Positions 1 through 7,487 of a stretch of DNA of 32,000 bases are shown here, in pieces. The notes beneath the pieces are model-generated. The model was not told where the DNA came from, ran no database searches, and was given only the letters and a program-made list of their open reading frames with translations. The DNA lies in contig NZ_NVQC01000017.1 in the NCBI RefSeq assembly GCF_003044035.1, positions 60,001 to 92,000 of the forward strand, written 5' to 3'. The translations under genes and the position numbers were made by a program. Each line of letters starts with the position of its first letter. Within the stretch, counting starts at the first letter, position 1. The stretch comes from Candidatus Methylomirabilis limnetica. GTDB taxonomy: Bacteria; Methylomirabilota; Methylomirabilia; Methylomirabilales; Methylomirabilaceae.

Positions 1-1441
1 CTGTGTAGCGGGGCAGCGGCTGCGTAAAGTGCTGGGCAGGGGTCACATCGAGCAACCGCAACTGTTCCCCAACCTCGAGAGGAGGTATCGCTAATTCGGC
101 CTCTTCCTCGACGGCCGTCTCTTCAGCCGTTTCGTCCTTGGCCTCCGCCGGCTTGGTCTCTGACGCCTCATCCTTCCCCTCGATGTAGACCTGCATGAAT
201 CCGGCGAACCGCTGGTGCCGACCGCTTGCCCGAAGCGTGAACCGCCCACCCTGGATCGTAACAGTGGTTACGTCGTAGAGAGCCGGCGGCATCTGAGACG
301 CAACGAAGCGGTTCCAGATCAGGCTGTAGAGGGCGAGTTGATCCTTCGTAAGAAACCTACGGAGCGATGCCGGATCCCGATAGACTGAGGTCGGGCGAAC
401 CGCTTCGTGGGCTTCCTGGGCGCCACGGCCGCTGCGGTAGACCGGGGGCCGCTCGGGCACAAACGCCTGACCGAACCGTTCGGAGATATAGCGGGCCGCC
501 TCGGCCTGGGCTTCTCCAGAGACGCGGACCGAGTCAGTCCGCATGTAGGTGATAAGACCAACGGCGCCCTCCTCTCCGATCTCGATCCCTTCGTAGAGTT
601 GTTGAGCGATCTGCATCGCCCGCTTAGCTGTGAAGCGAAGCTTTCGGACGGATTCCTGCTGCAGCTTACTGGTCGTAAACGGCGGGACCGGGTTGCGACG
701 CTTCTCTTTCCTGGTCAGGTCCGCTACCTGATAGCTGACAGATGATAGCTGATCGCTAACAGCGTCGGTCTCCTCCTGATTAGACAGGTTCACCCGTTCG
801 CCGTCGATCTTATGGAGCCTTGCCACGAACGGCGGGGGGGTACGGCCTGCCAGGGAGACATCGACCGACCAGTACTCGGCCTTGACGAACGCCCTGATCT
901 CTCGATCTCGATCAACGATGAGACGAAGGGCTACCGACTGAACTCGGCCGGCAGAAATGCCGCGCTTCACCTTGTCCCAGAGGATCGGACTAATCTGGTA
1001 GCCAACCAGACGATCCAGAATCCTTCTGGTCTGTTGGGCATCCACCAGCCGCTGGTCTATTATGGACGGATGATTGAACGCCTCCTGCACCGCGTGCTTC
1101 GTAATCTCGTTGAAGGTCACGCGGTGGACAGGTTTCTTGGTAGCGCCAAGCTCCTGCTTGAGATGCCAGCAGATAGCCTCTCCCTCCCGATCCGGATCGG
1201 CCGCAAGATAGATGGCGTCAGCCGTCTTGGCCGCCTTCTTCAGGGCCGATACGACCTTCTCTCTGCCCACAATGATCTCGTACTGCGGGGCGAAGTCGTG
1301 CTCTACGTCAACGCTCAGCGACTTAGCGGGCAGATCGCGGACATGGCCCATCGAGGCCGTCACGACGAACGCCTCCCCGAGATATTTACCGATCGTTTTG
1401 GCCTTTGCAGGCGACTCGACAATCACTAATGACTTAGGCAC
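1..1441 (-). CDS. topA: DNA topoisomerase I, N-terminal ~480 aa; the 3' end runs off the left edge of the window
   Basis: My own minus-strand translation from GTG 1441..1439 (AAGGAGG about 11 nt upstream) gives VPKSLVIVESPAKAKTIGKYLGEAFVVTASMGHVRDLP...AADPDREGEAICWH...RILDRLVGYQISPILW, the Toprim/TopA signature. It is missing from the ORF track because it is edge-truncated. dprA-topA adjacency is common. Confidence 0.9.
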   Translation of the reverse strand, partial: MPKSLVIVESPAKAKTIGKYLGEAFVVTASMGHVRDLPAKSLSVDVEHDFAPQYEIIVGREKVVSALKKAAKTADAIYLAADPDREGEAICWHLKQELGATKKPVHRVTFNEITKHAVQEAFNHPSIIDQRLVDAQQTRRILDRLVGYQISPILWDKVKRGISAGRVQSVALRLIVDRDREIRAFVKAEYWSVDVSLAGRTPPPFVARLHKIDGERVNLSNQEETDAVSDQLSSVSYQVADLTRKEKRRNPVPPFTTSKLQQESVRKLRFTAKRAMQIAQQLYEGIEIGEEGAVGLITYMRTDSVRVSGEAQAEAARYISERFGQAFVPERPPVYRSGRGAQEAHEAVRPTSVYRDPASLRRFLTKDQLALYSLIWNRFVASQMPPALYDVTTVTIQGGRFTLRASGRHQRFAGFMQVYIEGKDEASETKPAEAKDETAEETAVEEEAELAIPPLEVGEQLRLLDVTPAQHFTQPLPRYT

Positions 1442-1465
1442 GCTCTGTTGTTCCTCCTTAAAGAC

Positions 1466-1556
1466 TAGGGTAGAGGGTATAGGGTTTAGGGTAAAGGATT
1501 ACGTAGGCGCCCCCTATACCCTCTACCCTGTACCCTAGATCCTATACCCTAGACCC
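1466..1556. repeat. 7-nt-periodic imperfect inverted repeat: G-tract arm TAGGGTAGAGGGTATAGGGTTTAGGGTAAAGG, ~14-nt spacer, C-tract arm CCTATACCCTCTACCCTGTACCCTAGATCCTATACCCTAGACCCTG
   Basis: Read directly. Units are NAGGGTA / TACCCTN. It lies between the dprA stop and the topA Shine-Dalgarno, and its right arm overlaps the last codons of the annotated dprA ORF. Confidence 0.85.
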
Positions 1557-2696
1557 TGCCCCGTGCGGGGGCCTGAGCCGCTTCGCAAAACTTTTCCCTG
1601 GTAGCTCCTCAATCATGCCCTTCAGCATCAGTGACAGCAGCAGTGAGGCCATCTGTCCGGCCGGAAGCTGAGTCCGGCCGATCAGGTCATCGATCTGCAT
1701 GGGCCCGGCCTCCATGGCATCAATGATCAGGATCTCTTCCTGCGCAAGGGAACGGCTGACAGGGGTCGGATCTCGCACGACCTGCGATCCAGGAGTCATC
1801 TGTAGCTCAATCTCCTCCAAGATATCCTCCCAGCCTTCCGTCAGTTTCGCACCCGCCTTGATAAGCTGGTGGCACCCGCGACTGGATCGGGATGTAACCT
1901 GCCCGGGAACAGCGAAGACTTCACGCCCCTGCTCTAGCGCGTAGTTAGCCGTTATCATAGCCCCGCTCTTCAGTCCGGCTTCAATCACCACTATACCGCG
2001 CGCCAGACCGCTGATGATCCGGTTACGCTGCGGGAAGTGTCCAGGCTTGGGCGGCGTGAAGATGGGAAACTCGCTGATCAGGGCGCCCTGTTCGGCAATC
2101 TGGTCGGCGAGTTCTGCGTGCTCGGGGGGATAGGTCACCCCAAGTCCGCATCCCAACACCGCAATGGTCCGGCCGGCAGCGCGCAGCGCGCTACGATGCG
2201 CTGCCGCATCTATTCCACGGGCCATTCCGCTCACGATCGTCACCCCGCGCTCTGCGAGCTCCCCGCTGATTTGCTCGGCCATTGCGCTACCGTACTGGCT
2301 GGCCTGTCGGGAACCGACAATCGCGACAGCCACCCGATCTTCCGGTTCAATTGTGCCCCGCACATAGAGAATCGGCGGAGGGGAATGGATGGCTGCCAGC
2401 AGCTCAGGGTACCCCTCGTCACCGAACCGTATGAGGCCGAGACCTCGTGTCTCGATCACTCGCAGCTCCCGGTCAAGGGCATCCTGCCAGGGAAAGGAGA
2501 CGATTGCTCGCGCGACCTGCTGGCTGATACCTGGAACCTGCTCGAGCGCCCCGGCCTTTGCCCTGAGCACGGCCTCGGCTGACCCAAGCCCCTGCACCAA
2601 GCGGTAAAACGTCGCCGCACCAACCTCGGGGATCAGACCGAGCGCCAACCAGGCATCTCGCTCTGTAGGACGTCCGTCGGTATTAGCCACCATCAA
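1542..2696 (-). CDS. dprA: DNA processing / recombination mediator protein DprA (Smf)
   Basis: ORF-track protein has the DprA Rossmann-like core (VAIVGSRQASQYG, GMARGIDAAAHRSAL, VLGCGLGVTYPPEH, FPQRNRIISGL) and a C-terminal winged-helix region. The last ~7 codons lie inside the repeat, so the true stop context is uncertain. Confidence 0.9.
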   Translation of the reverse strand: MMVANTDGRPTERDAWLALGLIPEVGAATFYRLVQGLGSAEAVLRAKAGALEQVPGISQQVARAIVSFPWQDALDRELRVIETRGLGLIRFGDEGYPELLAAIHSPPPILYVRGTIEPEDRVAVAIVGSRQASQYGSAMAEQISGELAERGVTIVSGMARGIDAAAHRSALRAAGRTIAVLGCGLGVTYPPEHAELADQIAEQGALISEFPIFTPPKPGHFPQRNRIISGLARGIVVIEAGLKSGAMITANYALEQGREVFAVPGQVTSRSSRGCHQLIKAGAKLTEGWEDILEEIELQMTPGSQVVRDPTPVSRSLAQEEILIIDAMEAGPMQIDDLIGRTQLPAGQMASLLLSLMLKGMIEELPGKSFAKRLRPPHGAGSRV

Positions 2697-2718
2697 ATAC
2701 CCCCTCAGCGTATCAGCA

Positions 2719-2838
2719 CAGGGTGTAGGGTGAAGGGTGTAAGGATCACGATGGAGAGTTGAGGATCCAGGGTTGAGGAGGTAGTGATATTTCGGGGTTG
2801 CCTTGTCCTAATACCCTACACCCTATACCCTAACCCTG
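2719..2838. repeat. 7-nt-periodic inverted repeat of the same family: left CAGGGTGTAGGGTGAAGGGTGTAAGG, ~60-nt spacer, right CCTAATACCCTACACCCTATACCCTAACCCTG
   Basis: Read directly, in the gap between the carboxypeptidase stop (2878) and the dprA start (2696). Confidence 0.8.
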
Positions 2839-2877
2839 GGGTGAGTGGAACTGCAGGCCAACGGCGGAGAGGTAGCC

Positions 2878-3930
2878 TCAGCCCCCTTCGCCTCTTGGCG
2901 TATCGGTAGAACCCCCATCGGAAACCCCAAGGCTGGGCGCCCGCCCGCCGAGGGCGGCAAAACCATACTCCAGCAGCGCTGCGGCCTCGGCCCACCGACG
3001 GGAATCGTTGAGGAGAACAGTGATCAGTCGATGGTCGCCCCGCGTAGCCGACGCTACGAGACAGCGACCAGCCTGTTCGGTATAGCCGGTCTTGACGCCA
3101 TCCGCACCGGCAAACTGTCCGAGAAGCTGATTATGGGTTCGAATCACCATCCGCTTTACCACCTTTCCGTTCCGCCCCGTCAGGATAGCGAGATGAGCCT
3201 CCCGGGTCTGCACCATACGGGCGAATGTCGGATTACGCAACGCCTGGCGGGCGAGGATCGCCAAGTCATAGGCGGTCGAGTAGTGATCCGGGTTGTCAAG
3301 TCCGTGGGGATTCGTAAAATGTGTTCCCTCCATCCCGAGAGAGCCCGCCTTCGCATTCATCCGGGAGACAAACCCCTCTTCGCTCCCGCCGATATGTTCG
3401 GCCGCCGCCAACGCGGCATCGTTCGCAGATTTGATCAGAATCGCCCACAATAGGTCTCTGAGCGTGATCTGCTGGCCGCGTCTGAGCCCAAGTCCAGTCC
3501 CCGTGACGGCAGCCGCCCGCTCAGTGATGACCACCTTCTCGTCCAGTCGCCCCTCCTCCAGGATGAGGAGCGCCGTCATGATCTTTGTGGTGCTGGCCGG
3601 GGAACGCCGCTCCATGTGATGCCTGGCAAACAGGATCGCGCCTGTGTCGGCATCCATCAACAGCGCTGACGCTGCACTTAACTGCTCAGGATCGGCCAGA
3701 AACCAGCCGAGGTCAGAGGTAGCGCCCCACCGATCTGTCTGCCGTGTCGGTACAGACAGATTCGCGGTGAGACTTATCCGTGTGCGACGCACAGGCAGGC
3801 TCGAAGCCGATGGTAGGGCAAGATCTTCTCGACCCCTCGCAGGGCGCGAAGACCTCGCCCAAGCCGGCATACTGGCGGCAAAGAGGATACTCAACGCGAT
3901 GAGAGCGACCCACTTCTTCCCTCTTTCCAT
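2878..3930 (-). CDS. Serine-type D-alanyl-D-alanine carboxypeptidase (peptidase S11, PBP5/6-like) with signal peptide
   Basis: Contains SxxK (PASTTKIMT), SxN (KSANDAA) and KTG (VKTGYT) motifs. The N-terminal signal peptide is MERGKKWVALIALSILFAASMPAWA. Confidence 0.88.
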   Translation of the reverse strand: MERGKKWVALIALSILFAASMPAWARSSRPARGREDLALPSASSLPVRRTRISLTANLSVPTRQTDRWGATSDLGWFLADPEQLSAASALLMDADTGAILFARHHMERRSPASTTKIMTALLILEEGRLDEKVVITERAAAVTGTGLGLRRGQQITLRDLLWAILIKSANDAALAAAEHIGGSEEGFVSRMNAKAGSLGMEGTHFTNPHGLDNPDHYSTAYDLAILARQALRNPTFARMVQTREAHLAILTGRNGKVVKRMVIRTHNQLLGQFAGADGVKTGYTEQAGRCLVASATRGDHRLITVLLNDSRRWAEAAALLEYGFAALGGRAPSLGVSDGGSTDTPRGEGG

Positions 3931-3944
3931 GAGTTCCCCTTTAT

Positions 3945-4550
3945 CTACGACGTGCCGAACAGATCGGTTTCAACCAGTTGACAGAGGGCGTGCCCAAGCG
4001 TCGCGTGGACTTCCTGTATCCTGGGTGTTGATCGAGAGGGGACCACGAATGCATAATCTGCCAGCCCGGCGAGCTTTCCCCCATCCCCGCCGGCGAACGC
4101 AACTGTACAGAGCTGCATCTTGCCTGCCGTTTCTATCCCGCACACGACACTGGAGGACTGGCCGCTGGTACTGATCCCAATGGCAACATCGCCGGCAGAG
4201 CCCAAGGCTTCAACCTGGCGCGCAAAGACCTGAGCGTAGTCCCGATCATTACTGATGCTGGTCAGAACGGTGCCATCGGTCGTCAGAGCGATGGCAGGTA
4301 GCGCCGGCCGATCGAGCAGGAAACGGTTCACGAGCTCACCTGCAATATGCTGGGCGTCGGCCGCACTTCCGCCGTTTCCGAAGATCAAGATCTTCCTTCC
4401 GGCCCGCAGGGCCTTCGCAATGGCTACCGCCACACGGACCACCAGGTCCAGGTGGCCTTCCAGGAAGGCTAGCTTGAGCTCAGCGCTCTCACGGAATATC
4501 GCCTCGGCAATGCCCCGATGCGAATGAGAGGTTCCGGGTTCAAGGTTCAA
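3945..4550 (-). CDS. gmhA: Phosphoheptose isomerase (SIS domain; D-sedoheptulose-7-phosphate isomerase)
   Basis: ILIFGNGGSAADAQHIAGEL, ALTTDGTVLTSISND and GISTSGQSSSV match the GmhA family. The only canonical start is TTG 4550..4548, which lies inside the heptamer array and has no obvious Shine-Dalgarno, so the start is uncertain. Confidence 0.85.
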   Translation of the reverse strand: MNLEPGTSHSHRGIAEAIFRESAELKLAFLEGHLDLVVRVAVAIAKALRAGRKILIFGNGGSAADAQHIAGELVNRFLLDRPALPAIALTTDGTVLTSISNDRDYAQVFARQVEALGSAGDVAIGISTSGQSSSVVCGIETAGKMQLCTVAFAGGDGGKLAGLADYAFVVPSRSTPRIQEVHATLGHALCQLVETDLFGTS

Positions 4551-4572
4551 GGTTCAAGGTTCCGGGTTCAAG
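4529..4572. repeat. Direct tandem array of six 7-nt units: AGGTTCC GGGTTCA AGGTTCA AGGTTCA AGGTTCC GGGTTCA
   Basis: Read directly. It spans the gmhA start codon and the first ~7 codons (MNLEPGTS is encoded by the repeat). Confidence 0.9.
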
Positions 4573-4767
4573 ACTAAAAAGCCGTTCCATGTCCCAGGTG
4601 GCATCTCACACCTCACAGGTCCACAGCGTGGAACGCGAAACCTGGCGTTTGGAACTGACAACTGTGTCGCACCAATCCCAGCCTTATTTGAGGTACTACC
4701 TTATGGCGAGTTGAGTTGTCAAGGGAAAAGACGAAGCGTACCCACATCGGGGGTCTGCGGCTTCCGT

Positions 4768-5706
4768 TTATCCCTTGACCTTGGCCTTGACGGGAGCTTT
4801 CAGCTTGGATCGCTCCCACGTACGCCACTCATAGACAATGGGGGAGGCTACAAACCAGGAAGAGTAGGTGCCAACGCAGACACCGGCGATCAGTGCAAGT
4901 GAAAAATCGTGGAGCACCTCCCCACCTAGCATGAAGAGGGCTAGCAAGACCAGGAGGACTGTGAGCGACGTCACAATAGTTCGGCTCAAGACCTCATTGA
5001 TACTCATGTTGATGACGTCTCCCAGCGATTCTTTCCGTCGGCCTTGAAGATTCTCACGGATCCGGTCGAAGACCACTACGGTATCTGTCAGCGAATATCC
5101 GGCGAGGGTGAGCAACGCAGTGATGATGAGGAGGGTGATCTCCCCGTTCAACACATAAAAAAACCCTAGAACAGCCAGGACATCATGCAGGGTGGCGATG
5201 GCCGCCGCTATCCCGAACTTGAACTCGAAGCGCCAGGCAATATAGGCGATGATGCCGATCATGGAAAAGGCAATAGCCCACAGAGCAGCTTTTTGGAGGT
5301 CCTTTCCTATGGCTGGCCCGACCTCATTCGTCCCCTCCACCACGAACGGATTATCAGGTAACCCTTTCGAGAAGATGTCCTGCACCCGCTGGGCCATTCC
5401 GGCCTGACTACCCTCTGCCCGCTTCAAGCGAACCATGATGCGGTCCCCACCGGCGAACTGCTGGGGCTCACTATCCTTCAGGCCACTCTCTGCCAGCAGC
5501 GTTCTGACCCGACCAAGATCTACCGGCTTGCTGAACTTGAGCTGAACAGAGGTGCCGCCGGCGAAGTCAATTCCGAGATTAGCCGCGCCGCGCCCGATCT
5601 GAATGATCGAGACAATTCCGAGAAGGCACAGAACTGCCGAAACCGTGAACGCAGTCCTCCGCCAGGCAACGAAATCGACCTTTGTCTTACCGAGAATCTC
5701 CATCAT
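4768..5706 (-). CDS. secF: Protein translocase subunit SecF
   Basis: GIDFAGGTSVQ, multiple C-terminal TM segments and FDRIRE are typical of SecF. The ORF track starts at GTG 5724, but that codon and the next five lie inside the hairpin repeat. ATG 5706 (MMEILGK...) is more plausible. Confidence 0.9.
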   Translation of the reverse strand: MMEILGKTKVDFVAWRRTAFTVSAVLCLLGIVSIIQIGRGAANLGIDFAGGTSVQLKFSKPVDLGRVRTLLAESGLKDSEPQQFAGGDRIMVRLKRAEGSQAGMAQRVQDIFSKGLPDNPFVVEGTNEVGPAIGKDLQKAALWAIAFSMIGIIAYIAWRFEFKFGIAAAIATLHDVLAVLGFFYVLNGEITLLIITALLTLAGYSLTDTVVVFDRIRENLQGRRKESLGDVINMSINEVLSRTIVTSLTVLLVLLALFMLGGEVLHDFSLALIAGVCVGTYSSWFVASPIVYEWRTWERSKLKAPVKAKVKG

Positions 5707-5710
5707 GGCT

Positions 5711-5780
5711 AGTTCATAGTTCACAGTTCATAGTTCAGGGAGTTTCTAACCACGAACCCTTGAACTATGAACTGTGAACT
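5711..5780. repeat. 7-nt-periodic hairpin: AGTTCAT AGTTCAC AGTTCAT AGTTCAG GG, 16-nt loop, CCCTTGAACTATGAACTGTGAACT; ~22-bp stem with one bulge
   Basis: Read directly. The reverse complement of 5757..5780 equals 5718..5740 apart from one extra A. It fills the gap between the secD stop (5784) and the secF ATG (5706). Confidence 0.9.
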
Positions 5781-5783
5781 TCC

Positions 5784-7379
5784 TTAGATGCTAAGGGTTT
5801 TCAGGTTCCACCGCTGGGTCATCCAGTCGTAGACTACCCTGGTCCCCGTCAATGCCGTCACCAGGTTGAAAATTACCCCGAGGCTCAGGGTGACCGCGAA
5901 GCCTTTCACCGGCCCCGTCCCGAACAAAAACAACGCAAACGCGGTAATCAACGTCGTCACATGGGAGTCGATAATGGTGAGGAAGGCTTTGTCGTAGCCC
6001 CCGTCAATGGCCGACCGGACCCCCTTCCCCAATCGGAGTTCTTCACGGATCCGCTCCAGGATCAGCACGTTCGAGTCCACCGCCATCCCGATTCCAAGGA
6101 TGATGCCCGCAATGCCGGGGAGCGTCAGCGTGGCCCTGAGGCTGGCCAAGGCCCCCACCAGCCAGATGAGATTTAAGAGCAGCGCAAAGTTGGCGATGAC
6201 CCCGGACAACCTGTAGTAGACCGCCATGAAGACAATGACGAGGGCGCCGCCTAAAATCGCGGCCCGCATACCCTTTTCGATGGAGTCCTGGCCCAACGAT
6301 GGACCAACCGTCAGATTCGAAATGATGTTGACGGGCGCGGGAAGCGCGCCGGCACGCAGCACGATCGCCAGATCTCTGGCCTCCTCCATGGTGAAGCTAC
6401 CGGAGATCTGGGCCTTGCCGCCGGGGATCTTCTCCCTGATGACCGGCGCCGAATAGATGGTGTCATCCAGAACGATGGCCATGCGTCGGCCGACGTTGGC
6501 CGCCGTGGCCTCGCCAAAGAGGCGGGTACCCTCCCGATCAAATGCGATCGAGACCACCGGCTGATTGGTCTGGCCCTCGATCTGTACCTGAGCCGAGGTG
6601 AGCAGATCACCCGTCAGGACGGCTCGCTTCTGCACGACAAGGGGGGTTTTACTCACATTTTCCCCCTCCTCCGTACGGCGTATATAGAGAAGCTCGCCGC
6701 CCTCCGGGACCTTTCCCGCCACAGCCTCAGCAATATTGGCATCCTCCGCCACCATCTTAAACTCCAGAAGGGCGGTCTTGCCGATCAGATTGATCGCCCG
6801 CTGCGGCTCCTTGATGCCTGGAAGCTGGACTATGATCCGTCGGTCCCCTTCCTGTATGATGTGAGGCTCGGCCACGCCAAACTGATCGACGCGATTCCGG
6901 ATGGTTTCCAGGCTCTGTTGAATAGTGGATTCCTGGATCCGCTTTATTTCACTCGATGTAAGGCTCAGGCTGAGTTCAGCCGGATCAGCCCCGCCGGACT
7001 GTTGCAGGTTACTATAGCTCTTCAGGATACGGCGCAAGCCATCCATACCTTCCTTCGCCTGAAGCCTGATTCTGATACGGTCGATCCCCTCGCGGGTCAT
7101 CTGCTCGACTGCGATCTTTTCCTTCTCGATTTCCCGGCGCAATTCGGTAATCAGCCGGTCAACGGTGTTTTCTACTGCCTTCTCGGTGACAACCTCAAGG
7201 ACCAGGTGCATCCCCCCCTGTAGATCGAGCCCAAGATTGAGCCGTTCAGCCCGCGGAAGCAACGGAGGCAATAGCGAAGGGAGTGACGACCGGCCTGATA
7301 GCGTGGGAAAGAGATAGTAGCCGGCTATCACCGTCACCAGCAGAAGGGAGAAGATCTTCCATCTTACGGTTTTTTTCAT
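5784..7379 (-). CDS. secD: Protein translocase subunit SecD
   Basis: 531 aa with an N-terminal TM, a large periplasmic domain (LGLDLQGGMHLVLEV) and C-terminal 5-TM SecD/SecF-type region (ILERIREE). It sits immediately upstream of secF. Confidence 0.93.
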   Translation of the reverse strand: MKKTVRWKIFSLLLVTVIAGYYLFPTLSGRSSLPSLLPPLLPRAERLNLGLDLQGGMHLVLEVVTEKAVENTVDRLITELRREIEKEKIAVEQMTREGIDRIRIRLQAKEGMDGLRRILKSYSNLQQSGGADPAELSLSLTSSEIKRIQESTIQQSLETIRNRVDQFGVAEPHIIQEGDRRIIVQLPGIKEPQRAINLIGKTALLEFKMVAEDANIAEAVAGKVPEGGELLYIRRTEEGENVSKTPLVVQKRAVLTGDLLTSAQVQIEGQTNQPVVSIAFDREGTRLFGEATAANVGRRMAIVLDDTIYSAPVIREKIPGGKAQISGSFTMEEARDLAIVLRAGALPAPVNIISNLTVGPSLGQDSIEKGMRAAILGGALVIVFMAVYYRLSGVIANFALLLNLIWLVGALASLRATLTLPGIAGIILGIGMAVDSNVLILERIREELRLGKGVRSAIDGGYDKAFLTIIDSHVTTLITAFALFLFGTGPVKGFAVTLSLGVIFNLVTALTGTRVVYDWMTQRWNLKTLSI

Positions 7380-7487
7380 GATGCTTTACCCGTCTCTTCA
7401 AGGGGACGCGGTGCCTCGGGAAACTCAGACGGCAAAATATACGGAAAAGCTCGTAAAAAAGCAATGGGAAAGTTCAAAGAGGTCGGC

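Noticed and set aside
319-1538. Several 60-205 aa ORFs in the track inside 1..1540 (for example 812..1429 plus, 407..745 plus, 319..561 minus)
   Set aside because: They lie antisense to or out of frame with the clearly recognisable topA reading frame and have Arg/Gly/Pro-rich, low-complexity composition. They are shadow ORFs of GC-rich coding DNA.
4726-4765. Rho-independent terminator after secF (GAAGC ... GCTTC followed by TTTT on the minus strand) and a TTGACA-based promoter for gmhA at 4717..4722
   Set aside because: The stem is only about 5 bp plus a weak inner CCC/GGG pairing, with a 4-nt U tract. The candidate -10 (TAGTAC/GTAGTA) is poor. That is too weak to report as features.
4771-4790. 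CCCTTGACCTTGGCCTTGAC near the secF 3' end as the inverted partner of the GGTTCAA heptamer array
   Set aside because: It lies inside the secF coding frame (KAPVKAKVKG), is about 200 nt away and matches only loosely. It is probably a coincidence from Lys/Val-rich coding sequence.
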